Below are positions 28,665-37,732 of a stretch of DNA of 64,000 nt, one piece after another. The position numbers and the translations under genes are program-made. How positions within the stretch are numbered: the first letter of the stretch is position 1; each line of letters starts with the position of its first letter. This DNA is from Phycisphaera mikurensis NBRC 102666 (GTDB lineage: Bacteria > Planctomycetota > Phycisphaerae > Phycisphaerales > UBA1924), in NCBI GenBank assembly GCA_943369765.1, contig CALROI020000006.1:89228-153227 (forward strand), given 5' to 3'. Under the pieces are notes generated by a model, which was not told the origin of the DNA, ran no database searches, and saw nothing but the letters and a program-made list of their open reading frames with translations.

Positions 28665-30563
28665 TTAGGCCGTGATCTGCTCGGGCGTGATGCCCGCGTG
28701 CTCTAGGAGCTGGTAGAGGCGACCGATTGCCGTTCGACGCTGGGATTCCGAAGGTGCCCCAGGCGTTCTAGGTCGAGAGCGGCAAAAGGTGAAGAGAACG
28801 CGTTTCTTTGCCCTGGAGAACGCGACGAAAAAGCCTCGGGTCTCTTCTGCCGGGTTTCGTGCAAATGACCACAAAGCAGAATCTTCCAGTCCAACGAAGA
28901 TCACGCTGTGGTATTCAAGCCCCTTACTCTTGTGCATCGTCATGATGGGCACAGATCCTACGCCTTCGAGTGCATCAATCGCAGTTGGCCAGCTCTTTGT
29001 GTGAAGGTATGAGGTAATCTGCTTGCCAAGCGCCAGTAACGTGTCGTCGAGCAGAGTGCCTTGAGAATACTGCGGGAAAAAATGCCCAAGGCGATCAGGC
29101 TTCAAGAAAGTCACGATCGTTCCCATGATCGCCGCAACGCTTTCCGGTGTGACGGGTGTCGACGCGATCGTACCCCGAAGCGTTCGGATATAGCTGTCAA
29201 GGGATCGTTCAAGCCACCGGGTATCGCGATCGGCATCGTCTCCGTCGGAGTCAGTCAAGAAATCTAGTAGTTCCGTACGAGACTGTGGCGCCTTCGCTGT
29301 TGTTGCGAGCCTCAGAACATGAAGCACTAACGTGGAGACTGGCTCAGAGAGAAGATCTTGCAGTTCTGATTCGATACGGGCTTCAACGTGCTTTTCAGCG
29401 AGCGCGGTACGAACTGCTTCTGTGTAGTCTGCCGGACGATTGCGTGTCAGGATGCAGATGTCTCGCGGTGCGACACCCTCGTGATTGACCCACTCGGCGA
29501 TCAGGGCTGCGATATGCCGAGCCTCTGCATCGTGGTCTTGAAACAGGAGAACACGGCACTCACCCCGTCCCGTGCTACCGTCATCCATCGCTTCGGGAAC
29601 CGCGGCGTCGACATCGAGTTCGGCGGTCAAGACTCCCAAAATTCTAACCAGTTCAGGAGCCGAGCGGTAGTTTCGTACAAGTGAAATGCGACCTGCACCA
29701 AAATCGCTCCGGAACTCGGCGAACACGTCTTCCATAGCTCCGGCCCAACCCATGATTCGCTGCTTATTGTCACCTACAGCGGTCAGAACAGCTTGGGAGC
29801 CCAAAAACGCTGTTTTGGTGAGTTCGTACTGAATCTCTGTGGTATCCTGAAACTCGTCAAGGAAGACGAAGCCGTAGGTAGCGCGGAGCGCACGCAGGAT
29901 CTTCGGATTAGCGCGGAGCATGAGCTCAGCCAGCCGGCCGATCATCTGAAAATTTAACGCAGATTGACCACCATGGAGAAGCGAATAGGACCATAAGGCT
30001 ACTGCGGCGCGTGAACGAAGCGTTGTCGCAGGGGGTAGAACACTCGGCAAGGGTCTGCCGATGAAGTCCTCGATGTACATGTTCTGGGCATTTAACCCAG
30101 CCAAATCGCGGTCAGACAGCCCGCCCTCAGATTCTGGAATCTCAGCCAGCCGATCTCGCACACTGAAACTGCTCAACTTGAAGTCGAGGCGGTAATCTAC
30201 CGTGGGCATCCACGCAGTTGGCAGGGCATTACGAAAGCGATCTATGAGCCCTTTGGCAAAGGCGTCGAACGTCAACGAGTCAAACCGTTGCGCCAGATCC
30301 GAGCCACAGCGCTGCAAAACACGTTCTCGAAGATTCCGTGCGGCATCACGTTTGAAACTGATCGCCAGGATACGTGTGGGACGCGGGCAAAGGCCGGTCT
30401 GAAGCAGGTAACACGCACGCTGAGCGAGTAGTTCCGTCTTGCCCGCTCCTGGCCCCGCGATGACCACCCGATGCCCGGAGGATCGAACCGCTTCCTCCGC
30501 CGCGGGCTCAAGGCCATCTACTCCCACAGGACGCCATTCCGCTGGGCGAACCTTAGGTGACAT
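28665..30563 (-). CDS. gajB: UvrD/PcrA/Rep-family SF1 helicase, GajB-like (632 aa)
   Basis: Walker A VIAGPGAGKTE; motif II VFLDEFQDTT; LVRNYRSAPE; TMHKSKGLEYHSVIFVGL. Lies immediately downstream of the OLD-family gene and overlaps it by 11 nt. Confidence 0.85.
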   Translation of the reverse strand: MSPKVRPAEWRPVGVDGLEPAAEEAVRSSGHRVVIAGPGAGKTELLAQRACYLLQTGLCPRPTRILAISFKRDAARNLRERVLQRCGSDLAQRFDSLTFDAFAKGLIDRFRNALPTAWMPTVDYRLDFKLSSFSVRDRLAEIPESEGGLSDRDLAGLNAQNMYIEDFIGRPLPSVLPPATTLRSRAAVALWSYSLLHGGQSALNFQMIGRLAELMLRANPKILRALRATYGFVFLDEFQDTTEIQYELTKTAFLGSQAVLTAVGDNKQRIMGWAGAMEDVFAEFRSDFGAGRISLVRNYRSAPELVRILGVLTAELDVDAAVPEAMDDGSTGRGECRVLLFQDHDAEARHIAALIAEWVNHEGVAPRDICILTRNRPADYTEAVRTALAEKHVEARIESELQDLLSEPVSTLVLHVLRLATTAKAPQSRTELLDFLTDSDGDDADRDTRWLERSLDSYIRTLRGTIASTPVTPESVAAIMGTIVTFLKPDRLGHFFPQYSQGTLLDDTLLALGKQITSYLHTKSWPTAIDALEGVGSVPIMTMHKSKGLEYHSVIFVGLEDSALWSFARNPAEETRGFFVAFSRAKKRVLFTFCRSRPRTPGAPSESQRRTAIGRLYQLLEHAGITPEQITA

Positions 30564-32586
30564 CGCTGGGGCCTCCAGGGGCAAGTGCGAGCGTGTCACG
30601 CACTCGGTCGATCAGGCGAGCCAAAACCGGAGGACACCCATCGGTGAGTTGCGCAGCGCTCAATCGTGTCATGGCCTGTAGGTGTGAGGTCGGCTTTGAT
30701 CGGCCAAGGAAAAGGTAGCGATACCAGAAAAAGCCGTCCACCTCCGTAGACGTATAGGTACTGGCGGTTCCACTTCCGAGTACAGCGTGGATTGCTTCCT
30801 TACGCCGAGCGTCCAGCTCCGGCGCATCAGGCTTGGGAATTCGTGGTCCGAAGTTCCCTGGATCGACAACGCGGTACGCCACGGGAAAGGACTCTAGCAT
30901 CAGGGCATCAAGATCGAGCGGTGCTGAAAAGTAAACACCGTGAGCCTCTAGAGTGCTGCGCCATTGGTCTGTCGACAAAGTAAGGGGCCATTTCTCCATG
31001 CCATCCAGCTCAGCTTGAGAAAGTATGCGTGTGTCACCCTCCTTCGCGGCGACGACGAGCAGTGTGTCTCTCGGCACATTTACTGCGAGCAGCTGATTCA
31101 GCGCGTACTTGATGCGACCCCATCCCCCTCCATCGCGTTCTCGATCGAAATCCAGGAGAGTGAGATGGGGGATGTCCAGGCCAGCGAGCAGGCGCCAGAA
31201 GTGATTCACGTGCCGTCCGCCCAGCGGCACGATTGAGATAAAGCTCTGATCGATCGGGATGCCTGCGGCCTCGGCCAGACGTGGCAGCACGATTTCCTCG
31301 CTGTCCCCTTCTCCGAGGATCACAAGGCGTGCAAAATAGAGCTCCGGATATGCGCGAACGGCCTCCCGGACGAATGGATAGGCCTCATCGGTGGTTGCAG
31401 GCAGCGAAATGGACCTCACCTTGGTCGTATGGGTGGCTTGATCTAGGCGGAGGTGACGTACTTCCGTAGGGTCGATGCGGTGCATGATCGACGGTGAGTG
31501 ACTCGTTAACAGCACCTGCGCACGCGGTGATCGTTCAAGCTTGCGAAGGACGTCCATAATCCGGCCAAGGAAATGAGGCGAGATATGGTTCTCCGGCTCC
31601 TCGAAGGCGAAGACCGTCAGGGAAGGCGGATCGAGCCTGTCGAGATCGAATTCTCGCTCCTCCTCCTCGGCTTGGAGCGTCGCCTCTTCGATATCGAACG
31701 CGGCACCAACCATCGCGAGGTAAAACAAAGATCGCTGACCGTCGCTCAGCCGATCTAGAGGATCCTCTTCGCCTCCTGGCGAGGGAGTAAACACCGCCTC
31801 CACCTGCCGAAGAATGTCCTCGAAGCGATTGCTGATCGGTCTGATCTTCACTCCGCTGTACGCGGCTGCATCGTGGAGAGTTGTCCAGTTCGCACTCAGG
31901 GCGCCCTGAATCGACGTGACGGCGCCCTCTGCCGTGAAGGCGTCGAGGATATCGTTCGATGCGGCCGCCACGCTGCCCTTCACTTCATTGGACCACTTCA
32001 CGGCCTTGAACAGTCGGGCCATGATCGACCCTGAAACCTGTCGGATGTGCCTTGCAGGATCTCGCGAAGCAGGGACGTAGTGCAAGTGAACACGCGAGCG
32101 TTCAGATGCTCGCATTTCCCTCTTTGCTTCTTCATCCCCTTCAGCCGACGTGACCCAATAGGTGTGCTGCTCGATCGTTCCCTCGGGAAGGCTGCTTTCA
32201 GTCCACGTGCCTTCCAAACGTACGCGGCAATAGGGGGTGCCACCGGTTTCCGTAACCACCATCTGCCGAAAGCACTCTGCGATGCTGTCGTCGTCCGGCT
32301 CTTCCTTGGCCAGTTCGGGAAACTCCAGGATGGCTTCAATGGAGAGTGCTCGTTGCAGGATCGGAGCGGTCCCGGGAGAAGCGGCGCCGCGGGGAACGTG
32401 AAAATCCTCTCGCTTGAGCTCGCGATCGGGGCCGGTCATCCCAAAGACTCTCTGCAAACCTTGCAGAATAGCAGTCTTGCCACACGCATTGGTCCCGACA
32501 AACGCGGTAAGGTCTGTCAGCACAATTGTCGTGGGAGCTGGTCCGAAGCAGCGGAAGTTCGTAAGGGTGAGTGAAGTTAGACGCAT
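30553..32586 (-). CDS. gajA: OLD-family ATP-dependent endonuclease (ABC ATPase + TOPRIM), GajA-like (677 aa)
   Basis: N-terminal LTLTNFRCFG...FVGTNACGKTAIL (Walker A); ABC signature RLSDGQRSLF; Walker B VFAFEEPENHISPH; LLTSHSP. C-terminal TOPRIM LVILGEGDSEEIVLP ... LTLLDFDRERDGG. Confidence 0.85.
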   Translation of the reverse strand: MRLTSLTLTNFRCFGPAPTTIVLTDLTAFVGTNACGKTAILQGLQRVFGMTGPDRELKREDFHVPRGAASPGTAPILQRALSIEAILEFPELAKEEPDDDSIAECFRQMVVTETGGTPYCRVRLEGTWTESSLPEGTIEQHTYWVTSAEGDEEAKREMRASERSRVHLHYVPASRDPARHIRQVSGSIMARLFKAVKWSNEVKGSVAAASNDILDAFTAEGAVTSIQGALSANWTTLHDAAAYSGVKIRPISNRFEDILRQVEAVFTPSPGGEEDPLDRLSDGQRSLFYLAMVGAAFDIEEATLQAEEEEREFDLDRLDPPSLTVFAFEEPENHISPHFLGRIMDVLRKLERSPRAQVLLTSHSPSIMHRIDPTEVRHLRLDQATHTTKVRSISLPATTDEAYPFVREAVRAYPELYFARLVILGEGDSEEIVLPRLAEAAGIPIDQSFISIVPLGGRHVNHFWRLLAGLDIPHLTLLDFDRERDGGGWGRIKYALNQLLAVNVPRDTLLVVAAKEGDTRILSQAELDGMEKWPLTLSTDQWRSTLEAHGVYFSAPLDLDALMLESFPVAYRVVDPGNFGPRIPKPDAPELDARRKEAIHAVLGSGTASTYTSTEVDGFFWYRYLFLGRSKPTSHLQAMTRLSAAQLTDGCPPVLARLIDRVRDTLALAPGGPSDVT

Positions 32587-32949
32587 GGAGAGTCCTCAAT
32601 CTGGGGTAAGCTGCCACGAAGGCAGAGTGTTCAAGCATAAAGCAAGTGAGCCATCCACATCAGCCGCATGTGTTGCGACTGGGGATAAAGGCGACTATCG
32701 CGCGTCAGATGGCAGAGGTTCTTCCGTCCTGTTCTCGTTGAGACGGCCCCGCCGCATCCGGAGAAGACTTCCGCATCCTACTCTGTCTCCACACCGAGTA
32801 TGCCAACGTTCAGAATGAAATCCACAAGTCAGAGCTGTGCGCACGCAGCGGAAACCACTGGATGGATTCGGATCATTCCAAGCGCCTCGAGCAAACCCGC
32901 AGAGCGATGGCGTAAGGGTGCATCGCCGTAACTCGGTGGTCGCTGCGTC

Positions 32950-35055
32950 TTATCTCACGCGAAAAGCGACCTCCTTGCCGTCGACCGCGAGGGGTCGGTT
33001 GTCGGCGTCTTGTGCTTGGAGGGTGACGTCCTGATCGTCGGAAAGGCCGGTCATGGTCAGCGTGATCACGCAATCCTTGCTGACGAGAGCGGTTCCGTTC
33101 TTGAGAATCGCACCGTCCGCGGGCGAGGCGGTGACGCCCGTGATCGCGGCGTTCGCGCCCTTGAGCGTGAATGTCGGCAGACGGCGATCGCCGAAGGAGG
33201 CGAAGTTCACGGCGATAACGGCGACGGCCGTGCCGTTGGCTTTGTTGATGAACTTGGTTGAGGTCGTGAGCAGCGGGACCGGGTCAGGCGAGGGTGCCTT
33301 GATGGAGACGCGTTGGACCGGCATCGTAGTTGTGTGTCTGCCGGTGATAAACGCGGACTCGGCCGTGTTGAGAGTCACCGTGAGGCTGGGTGCCGTCACG
33401 ATACCCTTAAGCGGAGGGAACACGAGCTTGGCTTCGCCGCCCTTGCCCTCCAGCACCTGCTCGGGAAAGAACGTCCCGTTCGCCAGATCCGGCACGGTCA
33501 TCGCGCACTGCTCGGCTCGGATACGGCTGGCAAGGATGCCTGAGAGCGTGATGGTCCAAGACTTGCCGTCATCGAGCGCAAAGACATGCGTCGGGGGTGT
33601 CATCTGCGGCAGTGGGGGCTTGGCAATGGTGAAGCGTGCCCCCGAATACTGTGTTTTGGTCACCAGGCCAATGACCTCGATCCACAGTGACTCGGGCGTG
33701 ACTTCAGCGACGAGCTGGGAGCAGGCTGGAACCGATGCACGTCTCTTGAGTTCGGCAATCAGCAGGTTGGACCGATCGAGGAATCCTTGGTAGTCGTTCT
33801 CTTGCGCAACGACGGCAAGCTTCACGACCGATGCGATGTCGGACGATGTCAGCAGCGTTGACTGGCCAGGCAAGGCGAAGTAGGGGGCGATCTGCGCCAT
33901 GCCTTCTTGGACGAGGCGGGGGAAATCGAGCGGTTCGGATTCTTCTCCGTCCTTGGGATTGATGAGCGTTGTCTTAGCCGAGGCGAGGAGCTCGATGTCG
34001 GTACCTGACCCGCGGAGTTGTTGTGCCAAATCATTCGGAATCAGGACGAGTACCGAGACCTTGTGGGTCCTGGGGACAACCGAGGATGATCCCAAACCTG
34101 TGGGCACCGCGCCGAAGCGGGCACGAAGCGTGTTCTCAGAAAGACGGGCAACCGAGTACGAGCTGAACAACTGCTTGCCTAGGGAGGCTTCGATTTGCTC
34201 AAGGACGCGCTCGACCGAGCCACCGGCCGACACACGGTCGGCCGCAAGTCGCAAGCCGCCGGAGAGTGCACGAAGTTTGTCCAAACTCGCAGAGTTCACC
34301 ACCGATTCGAGGCTGTCTGTGCTGAGGAGCGGCACAACGCGAATACGCCGTGAGATCCCATCTGCGTTCGCGGCGTTGGGTCCCAGCAACGACGCCTGTT
34401 GGACCAGACGGGAGTCCGTGCTGGTCTGAGCGGGAAGGTTCTTTGACACGGCAAAGAATGCGATGTCGGCGTACACGTCACGCTCGAGCTTCTCCATGCG
34501 GGGCATGACACCGAGTTGAAGTTGAACGATGTGGCCTTCGTAGCCGGCGGGAACCGCGGCAGAGGCCACCGTGGCGTTGAGCATGGCCACCTGCTCAAAG
34601 AGCGATTGCGCGAGCTGGTACTCCAGAATACGGCTGGTGCGAAGGCTGCTGGATTGATCCAAGGCATCCTTGAAGCTCTGCGGGGGTGTGAAGGTGGGGG
34701 CACGCGGAGCCGAGCCCGGCAGTGCTGGGGCGGCGTCCTCGCCAACGCCCAGGGCATCGGGCGTGATGTCGAGGGAGAGTTCACCGCTGGCCCGTAACGC
34801 ATCAAGTGTTGAACGCGTCGAGACGCCGATCGTTGGGTTGACGAGCTTGACGGCATCGTCCCCGCTCAATTTGAAGTTGGGGCTGAGATTCTGACGGGCT
34901 GACTCAAAGCTCTCCACCGAGAGTACCGCCAGGTGGGTTGACGCCAAGCGGTCTTGACGGTCTTGGAAGATCCCGCATCCAGCCAGACTGACGAGGGACG
35001 CGGTGGTGACCACAGGCGTGATTATCCAAGTGCGGAGCGGGCGAAGGTGGTTCAT
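32950..35055 (-). CDS. Large hypothetical lipoprotein (701 aa), no recognised domain
   Basis: Start taken at MNHLRPLRTWIITPVVTTASLVSLAGC (lipobox). The upstream 59 codons of the ORF are Arg/Cys-rich read-through across an operator-like palindrome. The rest has ordinary amino-acid composition. Confidence 0.7.
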   Translation of the reverse strand: MNHLRPLRTWIITPVVTTASLVSLAGCGIFQDRQDRLASTHLAVLSVESFESARQNLSPNFKLSGDDAVKLVNPTIGVSTRSTLDALRASGELSLDITPDALGVGEDAAPALPGSAPRAPTFTPPQSFKDALDQSSSLRTSRILEYQLAQSLFEQVAMLNATVASAAVPAGYEGHIVQLQLGVMPRMEKLERDVYADIAFFAVSKNLPAQTSTDSRLVQQASLLGPNAANADGISRRIRVVPLLSTDSLESVVNSASLDKLRALSGGLRLAADRVSAGGSVERVLEQIEASLGKQLFSSYSVARLSENTLRARFGAVPTGLGSSSVVPRTHKVSVLVLIPNDLAQQLRGSGTDIELLASAKTTLINPKDGEESEPLDFPRLVQEGMAQIAPYFALPGQSTLLTSSDIASVVKLAVVAQENDYQGFLDRSNLLIAELKRRASVPACSQLVAEVTPESLWIEVIGLVTKTQYSGARFTIAKPPLPQMTPPTHVFALDDGKSWTITLSGILASRIRAEQCAMTVPDLANGTFFPEQVLEGKGGEAKLVFPPLKGIVTAPSLTVTLNTAESAFITGRHTTTMPVQRVSIKAPSPDPVPLLTTSTKFINKANGTAVAVIAVNFASFGDRRLPTFTLKGANAAITGVTASPADGAILKNGTALVSKDCVITLTMTGLSDDQDVTLQAQDADNRPLAVDGKEVAFRVR

Positions 35056-35183
35056 GGAGGGTCCTTGAGTGATGCGAACGTTGATGCCTTGCGGGCTGGT
35101 TTGTCGTTGGCGCGTGACGATATCCGGCCGTCCACGAGAACAGCGTCCCCATCGACCGCAAACGCGATGGTCTGGTGCGCGCA

Positions 35184-35205
35184 TTTGACACATAAATGTG
35201 TCAAA
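35184..35205. promoter_or_regulatory. 10-bp perfect inverted repeat TTTGACACAT-AA-ATGTGTCAAA, operator-like, ~130 bp upstream of the lipoprotein start
   Basis: Read directly from the sequence. An AT-rich palindrome in a GC-rich intergenic region, with TTGACA on both strands. Confidence 0.4.
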
Positions 35206-35397
35206 GGCACATTCGCGTATGGCGCCCATCATGAAGCTGCCTCAATCAGCGGTGCGATCCGCAGAGTTCCTCGATAGGCCCTCCCACGTTCCGAACGCCA
35301 AGCTGCGGCCACTTCACACCCAATGGTTTCCAGGGGGTGTTTGCCGGACCAGTTCCAGCCGAAGCGGGCGTCCTCTGCGTGAGGCGGGCAGGGATAC

Positions 35398-37005
35398 TCA
35401 GCACCCCGCCTCAAACGCCGTGACAAAGCTGTCGTAGTCGAAGAAGTCGAGAAACCCGTCGCCGTTGAAATCAGCTTCAAGCCCTCCGGCTTCAAAGGCA
35501 AGGACAAAGGCGTTGTAGTCGAAGAAGTCCAGAAACCCATCGCAGTTCGTGTCCGCCGCACAGACGGTGAGAGCCGCTGCCCTCGTGGAGGCATCTCCAC
35601 ACCCGTTTGTCACGACGCACCGATGCTCCCAGCGTGCAAAGGTACCGACACTCCGGCTCGGGTCGATGGTCACCGATGACGTGCGGACAGTGCTGGCGAC
35701 GAAGGCAACTGTGCCGCCCTGCGGATCGGTGTTGAGGCCCTCTCGCACGTTGATCCAGTCGGCCGACGGGCCGATCCGCCATTGCCACTGGTACGACAAC
35801 GGCCCTGGCCCCGACGCAAGTACAGAAAACACGGCAGGCGATCCTGGGCACGCCGAATCGTCTTGCGGCTGCTGTTGAATGGGGGCGGTCGTCAGGACCG
35901 ACAGAATCGCCGACTGGCTCGTGAGCGCTTCGCACGCATTTGAGATCGCACACGAATACGACCCCCCATCAAGGGGCTGGATGTTGGTCAGCACAAGTGT
36001 GTTTGTCGCCGCCGAAGGATTGCCACCTGGACCGCTGATGGGGATCACGACGCCATTCTTCTTCCACCGGAAGAAGACTTCAGCGCCACCGCTGTTGACG
36101 GTCACCCGAAACGAAACGCTCGATCCCGCACAGGCACTCTGACTGGTCGGCTGAGACTGAATCGACTGCGGGCTGTTGACGAACACGGAAGGACTTGAGT
36201 ACTGGTTGTTGCCGTTGTTGGACTCCAGAACGATGTTGTCCGGATCAATCAGAATCAACGCCTCGTAGTTATCGCACGCGCGTAACGATGCAGGCGGCAC
36301 GATGGTGTTTCGGAACGACGTATTCGTCTCTTGGCTCGCCATTGGCGGAAGGATCTGGCTCGTCGTGTAGACGACCACGCGGTCAGAGGTCCGCCGTACC
36401 AGCAATGTGCACGGCACGCCAGCGGGCGTTGGGCCGCCCAGGTTGCGCACATACGCGCTCACATAGATCGGCAGAGTTAGCTGAACGACACCCGTTGTTC
36501 GCGTGGCATCAAAGGTGTTCGAGACGACGACTTCACGGTCCCATCCCGTTGGCACGGGTGCGGTGAGATCCGGGCAGAACGGCGTCACGGTCACGTTGTT
36601 GCCAGCTCCCGTGAAACTCCGGGTAAAGGTGCCGCTGCCGGCATCGACGGTGACATCAAAGCCAAACGACCACGTGGTCACGCAGTTGTTCAAGACAGGC
36701 ATCGCGACCATGAGAACGACATCGCGGATCTGGTTTGCCGCAAGGGTGACGGGCGGGTTAAACGTCCTCGTCGTTGGAACCGCGGAAAGTGGCGGAGGTA
36801 CCGGGGCAGCAATTACCCGAACCGAGCGGAGCTGACCGCTGCCAGGACCGGTGTTGCGAACGCGAACCGTGACCTCCACTAATCCTCCGCTCGTGACCGA
36901 GCTCGGGGATCGTGTCAGGCTGTCGATCACAAACGTCTGGCCCATCACCCTCGAAAGGCACAGAAGATCCATCAGAATCACACACAGAACAACGGGCAAT
37001 TTCAT
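35398..37005 (-). CDS. Secreted Ig-like repeat protein with C-terminal GC-type dockerin-like tail (535 aa)
   Basis: Signal peptide MKLPVVLCVILMDLLCLSRVMGQ. Ig I-set-like segments (LVLTNIQPLDGGSYSCAISNACEALTSQSAILSV; WEHRCVVTNGCGDASTRAAALTV). Tail has two EF-hand/dockerin-like repeats (DTNCDGFLDFFDYNAFVLAFEAGG, DFNGDGFLDFFDYDSFVTAFEAGC) ending in G-C. Confidence 0.75.
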   Translation of the reverse strand: MKLPVVLCVILMDLLCLSRVMGQTFVIDSLTRSPSSVTSGGLVEVTVRVRNTGPGSGQLRSVRVIAAPVPPPLSAVPTTRTFNPPVTLAANQIRDVVLMVAMPVLNNCVTTWSFGFDVTVDAGSGTFTRSFTGAGNNVTVTPFCPDLTAPVPTGWDREVVVSNTFDATRTTGVVQLTLPIYVSAYVRNLGGPTPAGVPCTLLVRRTSDRVVVYTTSQILPPMASQETNTSFRNTIVPPASLRACDNYEALILIDPDNIVLESNNGNNQYSSPSVFVNSPQSIQSQPTSQSACAGSSVSFRVTVNSGGAEVFFRWKKNGVVIPISGPGGNPSAATNTLVLTNIQPLDGGSYSCAISNACEALTSQSAILSVLTTAPIQQQPQDDSACPGSPAVFSVLASGPGPLSYQWQWRIGPSADWINVREGLNTDPQGGTVAFVASTVRTSSVTIDPSRSVGTFARWEHRCVVTNGCGDASTRAAALTVCAADTNCDGFLDFFDYNAFVLAFEAGGLEADFNGDGFLDFFDYDSFVTAFEAGC

Positions 37006-37321
37006 CAGGGATCTCCTGCGGCAACGACAGTGACGGTGACGACCTCCACCCCATCTACCGAAAAGCAGCGTCGCGCCTGCGCGAAAAAGTGCCATCGTGC
37101 GCTCGGTGCCGGAGCGACCGCGAAATCCTTGCGTTCGCAGTCTGGCTGGGTGAGCGCCTCCGGATCGCGTTTCCCACGGTAAAGGGGAATGCCATGCGTC
37201 AATCGACGGGATGCGGCGCGATCGGTGGACAGCACCCCACCGATCCGTCTCGTCCAACCTCATCCACATTGAAAAGGAAGGGAGTTCAGCACGTTCGTTC
37301 GTGCGAGCCGACATGGCTCGT

Positions 37322-37732
37322 TCATTCGGAATCAGGAGGTGCGAACCGTTCGTCGCACCAGATGATCCTGCCACCGCGGAGGAAGAAGTGCGATCCGCAC
37401 CCTTTGCGGCGCCAGATGGAGGGCACGAGGGTTGGGCGGTTGTTCGCCTTACTCAGAGTCCAGTGTGGCCGGTCCGCTTTCAGCAACGTGACGGTGATCG
37501 TGTCGCCACAACCACATGGACAAAGCAGTGACGCGAACCAAAAACTGCCTTGTTCTCCAACGACGTACAGCGTGAGCGTGTCAAGCGAGACGGGCAGGTC
37601 GCTCGCGAGCACGACTCGGAAGTAATCGGAGGAGTGGACCTCCGTGCTGGTGGGTTGAAGGCTCGGGGATGCGAAGAGCGATCCAAGCCATCGTGCGATC
37701 GTGGACACCGCTCGACGCAGCAGGAAGATCAT
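37322..37732 (-). CDS. DUF6527-like Cys-rich small protein (136 aa), third gene of the Ub-like conjugation operon
   Basis: Cys cluster LLCPCGCGD ... RRKGCGSHFFLRGGRIIWC (zinc-ribbon-like). ATGA overlap with the E1 gene. Family name recalled from memory of co-occurrence with multi-ubiquitin/ThiF genes. Confidence 0.7.
   Translation of the reverse strand: MIFLLRRAVSTIARWLGSLFASPSLQPTSTEVHSSDYFRVVLASDLPVSLDTLTLYVVGEQGSFWFASLLCPCGCGDTITVTLLKADRPHWTLSKANNRPTLVPSIWRRKGCGSHFFLRGGRIIWCDERFAPPDSE

Noticed and set aside
37221-37320. Hairpins downstream of the DUF6527 gene (ATCGGTGG-8 nt-CCACCGAT at 37221..37244; CGAGCC-5 nt-GGCTCG at 37304..37320) as intrinsic terminators
   Set aside because: The stems are short and not followed by a U-tract on the transcribed strand, so they cannot be called terminators from sequence alone.
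35398-37374. 658-aa version of the dockerin protein ORF, and 760-aa version of the lipoprotein ORF (32950..35232)
   Set aside because: The upstream parts are basic read-through; one overlaps the DUF6527 gene. Clean signal peptides with RBS-like sequences start at 37005 and 35055.
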